Of a stretch of 64,000 bases of DNA, positions 54,601-64,000 are shown piece by piece. Position 1 is the first letter of the stretch; the number at the start of each line of letters is the position of its first letter. Source of the stretch: Pachysolen tannophilus NRRL Y-2460 (lineage: Eukaryota); the NCBI GenBank assembly GCA_001661245.1, contig KV454017.1:1-64000 (forward strand). Direction: 5' to 3'. The notes below the pieces were generated by a model. It was not told the origin of the DNA and made no database searches. It saw only the letters and a list, made by a program, of their open reading frames with translations. The position numbers were made by a program, and so were the translations under genes.

Positions 54601-54994
54601 CTCATTTATATATCTTTAATCTCATATATATAAATATTTAATTTTATATAAATATTATATAAAATTAATTATAATCTTTCTTTCCCTATAATAATAAAAA
54701 TACACCGTTAAATGACCAGGCCGAACTTCCGGTCAAAAAAATGTTCGGAATTTTTTTTTTTTGCTCTTTTTTTTTTTGCTCTTTTTTGGCAGAGTTTCTC
54801 TCAAAAATTCCGCCCAAGTTCCGCCCAAGTTCCGCCTAAATTTTTAACCAAACTTCCGCCTAAAAGACAAAGAAAGAATTTTGTATAATAATAAAGAACG
54901 AGTTGGTATAACGGCGGTTAAGTTTATGGCGGTTATAATAAATTAATTAATTAACAACAAGAAGAAGAAGAACAAGAAAGAAAAGTAAGTGATT

Positions 54995-56749
54995 ATGATT
55001 ATTAGGTTTCGTAGTAAAGATGGTATGTTTAGGGTTTCTGATATTGATGCTTTTTCAGAAGATTTAAAATCAATTGTGGAAACAAAACTTTTAAATAAAT
55101 TGCCACTAGGTGTATCTGTTAATTCTATATTTTTATCGGATAAGGCAAATGAAAAAGGTAAACCTTTAGATGAGTTTGTTGGTAAGGATTGTAACTCTTT
55201 AGGTTTGAAGAATGGGGATATGTTGTTTTTGAGTTATGAGGAGGAGAAGGAATCAGTGGATTCAACAGCTTCGGTTTCAGCTTCGGTGTCAGCACCAGAG
55301 CTGCTGGTGCTGGCTCTGCTGCTGCTGCTGGTATTACCGCCGTTAGAAAAAAAGCAATTACCTATTGATGACGAGTTGGATAAAGAAGAAGGATTAATCA
55401 AAAGACCAAGATCGAATTTTTGTAAGCATACAGATAAAGGTATGTGTGAATTATGTGTTCCATTACCACCTTGGGATAAAAATTATCAACAAGAACATAA
55501 TATTAAACATATTTCATATCATGCTTATTTAAATGAATTAAATGATAATAGTAATAAAAAAAATTCTTCATCATCATATATTTCACCATTAGAAGAACCA
55601 AATTTTAAAATTGATAAGAATTGTAAAGGAGGTCATCTGCCATGGCCAAATGGTATATGTTCAAAATGTCAACCTTCTGCAATAACTTTACTGCAACAAC
55701 CTTTTAGAATGGTTGATCATGTTGAATTTGGAAATAGTGAAATTATTAATAATTTTATTAATAGTTGGAGAAAATCAGGTAAACAAAGAATTGGACTTTT
55801 ATTAGGAAAATATGATAAATATGATAAAGTTCCATTAGGAATTAAAGCTCATGTTGAAACAATTTATGAATTCCCACAATTAGATGAAACTGATGGTATA
55901 ATTATACAAGATTTTAAATTAAATTTAGAAATTAATAAAATTATTAATTTTTTAAAATTAAAACCAATTGGTTTAATTTTTACAGATTTAACTGATTCAG
56001 GATTAAATAATGGATCAGTTTTATGTAAAAGACATAAAGATTCTTTCTTTTTATCATCATTAGAAGTTATATTTGCTGCAAAACAACAATTATCTCATCC
56101 AAATTATAGTAAATGGTCAGATTCAGGAATTTTTTCTTCAAAATTTATAACTTGTTGTATTACAGGAAATTTAAAAGGTGAAATTGATATTTTTTCTTAT
56201 CAAGTAAGTAATTCTGCTGAAAAATTGGTTGATGCTGATATAATTAGTGGTTCAACACATCCAAATGAAGTATTTATTAGTGAAACAAATAAAGATAGAT
56301 ATGTTCCAGAAATTTTTTATATGATGGTTAATGAATATGGTATTACTGTTAAAAAAAATGCAAAACCAAGTTTCCCAGTTGAATATTTAATTGTAACATT
56401 AACTCATGGTTTCCCACAATTAAAAGATGATGAAAAAAATTTATTTTTAAAAAATTCATTTCCAATTGAAAATAGAAATTATATTGGAGAATCACAAGAT
56501 TTATTGGCAATTAGTAAATCATTAGGTATTGAAAAAAATAATTATAATTTAGATTTACAAAAATTAAAATTTGGAATTTTTGATTTCCATCTTATTTGTT
56601 ATTTAATATCAGAATTAGATTTATTAAATGAAAATGAAAAAAATTTAATTTTAAAAACTGTTCGTGATAATTCAGATACTGATTTTTATCAATTATTAGA
56701 ATCACCAGGTTTCCAAACTTTGATTACAATCATAAGAGAAAGTATATAA
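54995..56749 (+). CDS. NPL4: Cdc48 cofactor Npl4
   Basis: MIIRFRSKDG, zinc fingers CKH...GMC..C and GH.PWP.GICSKCQPSAITL, FRMVDHVEF, FPVEYLIVTLTHGFP. Confidence 0.96.
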   Translation: MIIRFRSKDGMFRVSDIDAFSEDLKSIVETKLLNKLPLGVSVNSIFLSDKANEKGKPLDEFVGKDCNSLGLKNGDMLFLSYEEEKESVDSTASVSASVSAPELLVLALLLLLVLPPLEKKQLPIDDELDKEEGLIKRPRSNFCKHTDKGMCELCVPLPPWDKNYQQEHNIKHISYHAYLNELNDNSNKKNSSSSYISPLEEPNFKIDKNCKGGHLPWPNGICSKCQPSAITLLQQPFRMVDHVEFGNSEIINNFINSWRKSGKQRIGLLLGKYDKYDKVPLGIKAHVETIYEFPQLDETDGIIIQDFKLNLEINKIINFLKLKPIGLIFTDLTDSGLNNGSVLCKRHKDSFFLSSLEVIFAAKQQLSHPNYSKWSDSGIFSSKFITCCITGNLKGEIDIFSYQVSNSAEKLVDADIISGSTHPNEVFISETNKDRYVPEIFYMMVNEYGITVKKNAKPSFPVEYLIVTLTHGFPQLKDDEKNLFLKNSFPIENRNYIGESQDLLAISKSLGIEKNNYNLDLQKLKFGIFDFHLICYLISELDLLNENEKNLILKTVRDNSDTDFYQLLESPGFQTLITIIRESI

Positions 56750-56943
56750 TTTTTAACTATATCTATAACTATATATAGAGATAGCAATCATTAATTATCT
56801 GCTCTTATATTTAATAAAAGAAAAAGAAAATGAAAAGAAAAATGAAAAATTTAACAACTAATATCCCCTCTTCCTTGACGTTATCAATTTCATCATCCAT
56901 TTTCAAAATTGTTGTTGCTGGTTGAAATGTTCATCCAAAATCT

Positions 56944-56985
56944 TTCTGGAAGTTTCTGTTGCCGGTTTTTGGTCGCATCACGTGA
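56944..56985. promoter_or_regulatory. Heat-shock element (TTCnnGAAnnTTC, 56944-56956) and Cbf1 E-box (TCACGTGA, 56978-56985) upstream of SSE1
   Basis: Perfect three-unit HSE about 330 bp upstream of an Hsp110 gene. Confidence 0.75.
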
Positions 56986-57282
56986 TTTCCGAGGTAGTTT
57001 TCAAAATAGAAAAAAAAAGAAAACGAAAAATTTTCCGAAACAAAAATAAAAATTATTATTGAAATCATATTAAATATTGAATTTATTAAAATAATTCAAA
57101 GTTTACTTGATTGAATAATCATTGAATCAAATAGATAAAAGGAAGAAGAAAAGATTTTATCATTAGTTTTTTTTTCGTTTTTTTTTTAATCTTTTTTTTT
57201 TTTTTTTATTTTTTGGTAAAGTTTATTTGATATCTTAATTGATTGAAAAAAAAAAAAAGTAATTATATTAAAATAAAAGAAT

Positions 57283-59385
57283 ATGAGTGTTCCATTTGGT
57301 GTTGATTTAGGTAATAGCAATACTGTTATTGCAGTAGCCCGTAATAGAGGTATTGATGTTATTGTGAATGAAGTTTCTAATCGTTCGACTCCATCTGTTG
57401 TTGGGTTTGGTCCTAAGAATAGGTTTATTGGTGAGAGTGGTAAAAATCAGCAAACTTCTAATTTAAAAAATACTGTTGATAATTTGAAAAGAATTTTAGG
57501 TTTAAATTTCACTGATCCTGATCTTAAGATTGAAGAGAGATATCTTACTGTTCCAGTTGTTGATAAAGATGGTCAAGTTGCTGTTAAAGTTAGATTAGCA
57601 GGTAAAGAAGAAATTTTCACTTCAACACAATTAGTTGGAATGTATTTAAATAAAATTAAAGATATTGCTGTTAAGGAAACAAAGGGTAAATTTACAGATA
57701 TTTGTTTAACTGTTCCAGTTTGGTATACTGAACAACAAAGACGTGCTGCTCATGATGCTTGTAGAATTGCAGGTTTAAATCCAGTTAGAATTGTTAATGA
57801 AATGACTGCTGCTGCTGTTAGTTATGGTGTTTTTAAAACAGATTTACCTGAAGATGAACCTAAAAAAGTTGTCTTTATTGATATTGGTCATTCAACTTAT
57901 TCTGTTTCAGTTGTTGCTGTTAAGAAAGGTGAATTGAAAGTCTTGGGTTCAAGTTCTGATAAACATTTTGGTGGTAGAGATTTTGATCATGCTATTGCAG
58001 AACATTTTGCTGATGAATTCATTACTAAATATAAAATTAATATTAGAGAAAATCCAAAAGCATATTCAAGAGTATTAACTGCTGCTGAAAAATTGAAAAA
58101 AGTTTTATCTGCTAATTCTCAAGCTCCATTTAATGTTGAATCTATTATGAATGATGTTGATGTTTCTTCTCAATTAACAAGAGATGAATTGGAAGAATTT
58201 GTTAAACCATTATTGGAAAGAGTTCATATTCCAATTGATCAAGCTTTAAGTCTGGCTGGTTTACAAAAAGAAGATATTGATGCAATTGAAGTTATTGGTG
58301 GTTGTACAAGAGTTCCTTCTTTAAAAGCAAGATTATCTGAAATTTTTGGTAAACCATTATCTTTTACTTTAAATCAAGATGAAGCAATTGCTAGAGGTGC
58401 AGCTTTTATTTGTGCTATGCATTCTCCAACTTTAAGAGTTAGACCTTTTAAATTTGAAGATTTTAATCCTTATTCAGTTTCATATTTTTGGGATAAAGAA
58501 GATGAAGATACTGATAATTTGGAAGTTTTCCCTAAAGGTGGTTCATTCCCATCAACTAAAATTATTACTTTATATAGATCAAAAGATTTTGAAGTTGAAG
58601 CAAAATATACAAGACCAGAAGAATTACCAAAAGGTAGTATTTCAACACCGTTTATTGCAAAATGGTTTTTAAAAGGTGTTGTTTTAAATGAAGGTGAATC
58701 ATCAATTGCTTGTAAATTAAAATTAAGAAATGATCCATCAGGTTTTTATACTATTGAATCTGCTTACACTGTTGAAGAAAAAGAAGTTCAAGAATTAGTT
58801 GAAAATCCAGATGCAAAAGAAGATGATGAACCTGAATATAAAACTGTTAAAAAATTAGTTAAAAAAAATGATTTACAAATTGAACTTCAAACATTATCAT
58901 TACCAAAGAAAATTTTATCAGAATATATTGAAAAGGAAAATTCATTATCTCAAGAAGATAAACTTGTTGCTGATACTGAAGATCGTAAAAATGCTCTTGA
59001 AGAATATATTTATGAATTAAGAGGTAAATTAGATGATCATTATAAAGAATTTGCTTCTGAAGATGAAAAACTGAAATTACAAGAAATGTTATTAAAAGCA
59101 GAAGATTGGTTATATGATGAAGGTTATGATTCTTCAAAGGGTAAATATATTGCTAAACATGAAGAATTAGCTTCAATTGGTAACGTTATTAGAGGTAGAT
59201 ATTTGGCTAAAGAAGAAGAAAAAAAACAAGCCTTAAGATCACAACAAGAAGCTAAACAAGCTGCTGCAATGGCTGAGAAATTAGCTGCTGAAAAAGCTGC
59301 AAGAGATGCTGCTGGAACCACCAATAGTGAAGCTGAAAAGAAAGAACAACAATCTGATGAAAAAATGGATGAAGAACTCGATTAA
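57283..59385 (+). CDS. SSE1: Hsp110 chaperone / nucleotide exchange factor
   Basis: [70 protein letters not shown]. Confidence 0.97.
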   Translation: MSVPFGVDLGNSNTVIAVARNRGIDVIVNEVSNRSTPSVVGFGPKNRFIGESGKNQQTSNLKNTVDNLKRILGLNFTDPDLKIEERYLTVPVVDKDGQVAVKVRLAGKEEIFTSTQLVGMYLNKIKDIAVKETKGKFTDICLTVPVWYTEQQRRAAHDACRIAGLNPVRIVNEMTAAAVSYGVFKTDLPEDEPKKVVFIDIGHSTYSVSVVAVKKGELKVLGSSSDKHFGGRDFDHAIAEHFADEFITKYKINIRENPKAYSRVLTAAEKLKKVLSANSQAPFNVESIMNDVDVSSQLTRDELEEFVKPLLERVHIPIDQALSLAGLQKEDIDAIEVIGGCTRVPSLKARLSEIFGKPLSFTLNQDEAIARGAAFICAMHSPTLRVRPFKFEDFNPYSVSYFWDKEDEDTDNLEVFPKGGSFPSTKIITLYRSKDFEVEAKYTRPEELPKGSISTPFIAKWFLKGVVLNEGESSIACKLKLRNDPSGFYTIESAYTVEEKEVQELVENPDAKEDDEPEYKTVKKLVKKNDLQIELQTLSLPKKILSEYIEKENSLSQEDKLVADTEDRKNALEEYIYELRGKLDDHYKEFASEDEKLKLQEMLLKAEDWLYDEGYDSSKGKYIAKHEELASIGNVIRGRYLAKEEEKKQALRSQQEAKQAAAMAEKLAAEKAARDAAGTTNSEAEKKEQQSDEKMDEELD

Positions 59386-60063
59386 ATAAAATTAAATTAA
59401 ATTAAAATAATCCAAGTTTTTTTTTTCTTTTTTTTTTTTTTTTTTTTTTAATTTCTTTGTTTCTACCATATATATATATATATATCCTATATATATATAT
59501 GTTTTATACAGTATTTTTCTTCTATCTATCTATCTATCTATATATCTATCTATATATATCTATTATCCTAGTTGTTGTTTTAAAATTGTTTGAATTAATA
59601 CAAATCTTTTAACCATTTTATGGGTAGGCGCACTTTTGTAGAGGTTTTGTTGAAAAATTACTAAAAAATACCAAAATATCAAATTTAGATAGAGAATTTA
59701 AGTTAAATCAATAATACTAAATCATTTTAACATTTAATATTGTGATTGGATTGATTTTTTGATTTAATCTTGATTCATTCAGTTTTCTTTCATTTAAAGA
59801 AAAAAAGAAAAAAGATAAAACCTAGTGGTTATCATCGAGGTTAGTGGTAAAATTTGAATTAATTTAAAAATTTAATATTGAAAATTTTATGATCAACTTT
59901 GAACAATTTTAATATAAATTTTAGTATAATCATTTTAAGATCCAGCAACTATTTGATAAGATAAGCCATTTACCGCTTTATTATTTTTTTTTTTTTATAT
60001 TTAAAATTATTATTCTTTTGTTTTGCTTTTAAATTTGGCTTTTATTTTTTGTATTGGAGTTGA

Positions 60064-62262
<2,199 letters not shown>

Positions 62263-62464
62263 GTGTAATCAATATTATAGATCTTTTCTTTTATTCAAAT
62301 ATATATATATATATATATATATATCTTTCTCTCTCTTTCTTTTTTACTATTCTTTTTCTTTTTTTTTATTTTTATTTATTTTATATTTGTTCTTTACATT
62401 AGTTATTTTTATATTTTTATTCATAATTACGCTCTAATTAGTTTAATGGAAAGTTTGTTTTATG

Positions 62465-64000
62465 CTATACATTATATTCTACAATTTCGTTGCAAGTCTC
62501 TTTTAAATCACTAGTATAATCCTGATCTAATTCATCTTTTAAATTGTTCAAGATCTTAGCACAATCATACTTGAGATTATTCAACAATGCATTATACCCT
62601 GTTCTCTTGTTATTGTCATTGTCATTATCAGAGTTGGAATTTTTAAGAATAAGCCAAATGTTTTGTAAGAATTGGTTCAACTGGTTGATATTAAGGTTGA
62701 AAAATTTTGTTATAATTTCTTTATTTGATAATAAAATACCTAAAGTTTTAACCTTTGCAAATAAATATTCAAATGGCACAGAAGAAGATAATTTTTTTTG
62801 GGATTCATCAATGAAAACATATTTCAATAGGCAATTGATGTGTATATCATTTTCAATTTTAAAATCAGTCCTTATGTATATGGCATCTAAAGTCTTGTAT
62901 ATCAACATCAAATTTTGATAAAAAAGTGATTCATGAGATTTAATATTCAGAGTATTTTCGTATTCATCAATAAATTTACAAATAATTTTGCTAAATAGTT
63001 GATAATAAAAATCATCATTGAGTAATTTGGACAAAAGAATATCATCAATATTATTTATAAATTTGTGTAAAAATTTAGACATCATGAGTGAAATTTCACC
63101 ATAATAAGTAAGTAATTCTTTATTTCCATAATAAAATTTAACTGATTCTAATAAATAATTATAATATTGATGATTTTCATCATGGAAAAAATGGTTTAAA
63201 CTAGGATCCCAAATTTGAATTAATAGATGAATACTTTGTAAATTTATAAAATCAATCTTATCACCTCTTTGCAGTTTCTGGATATAATTATACAAAAATT
63301 CAAAATCTTTCATAACTATGGTTTCATTTTTTGCAAGTAATTCCAATTTTTCCTTATCGTTATTAATGGAATTCCCAATAATGATAAAATTTGAAGCTAT
63401 AACGTATGGGTTTTCATAATTTTTAAGAATTTCAAAATTATCATTAATTTCTAACTTATTACTATTTTGTTCAAGAGCTGAAATTGATCCCATTATACTA
63501 AATATGATTTTGGAAAATTCAATTATCATTGGATTTTTCAAAAATAAAATTTCACTTAATTTTGAAAGATATAATTGTAGATGGAATTCAAATTCTTCTT
63601 TATCAGAAAATTCAAGTTTAAATTTGGATAAATTATTCAAAAGTAGAAAATAAGGTTCCAATTCTTGTTCAATTATCTGATTTTTAGAATTTATAATATT
63701 TAATAAATAACTTATATATTCCTGAAATTGAGAAATGGGAATTTTATAATCTTGAAAGTCTTCTTTTGTAAAATCTGTTAATAATTCAATAAGTTCCAAA
63801 TCTGTATTATCTTTTTCTCTTAATATACATTTAAGCAATACTTCAATTGCAATTTTAAATTGTGGTAATTTTTTTAATGATTTAAGAATTTGTTCATTAT
63901 CCATTATTAAATTTTGTAAAAAAATAATTGTTCTTTGCTGATAAACGTTATTAGGTAATATATCTGATAAAATCTTCCCCACCAACAACTTTTGTTCAAT
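62465..64000 (-). CDS. 3' part of a helical/ARM-repeat-like protein (possibly Bem4/SmgGDS-like); the start lies beyond the window
   Basis: The reading frame stays open to the window edge for over 500 aa, with amphipathic helical composition. The family guess comes from weak resemblance (IMGSIS...IIIGNSI). Confidence 0.45.
   Translation of the reverse strand: MEQKLLVGKILSDILPNNVYQQRTIIFLQNLIMDNEQILKSLKKLPQFKIAIEVLLKCILREKDNTDLELIELLTDFTKEDFQDYKIPISQFQEYISYLLNIINSKNQIIEQELEPYFLLLNNLSKFKLEFSDKEEFEFHLQLYLSKLSEILFLKNPMIIEFSKIIFSIMGSISALEQNSNKLEINDNFEILKNYENPYVIASNFIIIGNSINNDKEKLELLAKNETIVMKDFEFLYNYIQKLQRGDKIDFINLQSIHLLIQIWDPSLNHFFHDENHQYYNYLLESVKFYYGNKELLTYYGEISLMMSKFLHKFINNIDDILLSKLLNDDFYYQLFSKIICKFIDEYENTLNIKSHESLFYQNLMLIYKTLDAIYIRTDFKIENDIHINCLLKYVFIDESQKKLSSSVPFEYLFAKVKTLGILLSNKEIITKFFNLNINQLNQFLQNIWLILKNSNSDNDNDNNKRTGYNALLNNLKYDCAKILNNLKDELDQDYTSDLKETCNEIVEYNV

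Noticed and set aside
55301..55336. Transmembrane or signal-like Leu stretch in Npl4
   Set aside because: Artefact of translating CTG as Leu. Npl4 is a soluble protein.

Overview
Left end of a chromosome from a very AT-rich budding yeast (Saccharomycotina). It starts with a telomeric array of a 9-bp unit in two variants (CTCACACCA and CTCACACCG) and has almost no subtelomere. About 24 protein genes follow: an HGT1-like transporter, CLP1, TUM1, ATG29, VPS54, ADH6-like, intron-containing SDH7, SRO9/SLF1-like, CBP1-like, NUC1, a GST, BOR1, LAA1, a Zn2Cys6 factor, PBDC1/YPL225W, MMT1/2-like, an Ada/AraC-like regulator, an Ecm5/Lid2-like JmjC protein, GAS3, OXLD1/DPC25-like, NPL4, SSE1, SKY1 and a partial ARM-like gene. 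There are also a tRNA-Leu(UAA), U6 snRNA and two assembly gaps. In-frame CTG codons fall where homologs have small residues, so CUG is probably not Leu here. Ala is favoured (Pachysolen-like CUG-Ala clade) but Ser is not excluded, and the supplied translations are wrong at CTG sites. The main candidate discovery is a +1 programmed ribosomal frameshift heptamer, GCG-AGG-C (a Ty3 P-site codon plus a Ty1 hungry codon). It sits at the junction of the Zn2Cys6 ORF and an overlapping +1 ORF and predicts 501-aa and ~603-aa isoforms. Also notable is a bacterial-type Ada methyl-sensor/AraC HTH protein with a eukaryotic low-complexity tail. All gene identities come from recalled motifs and synteny, not database searches.
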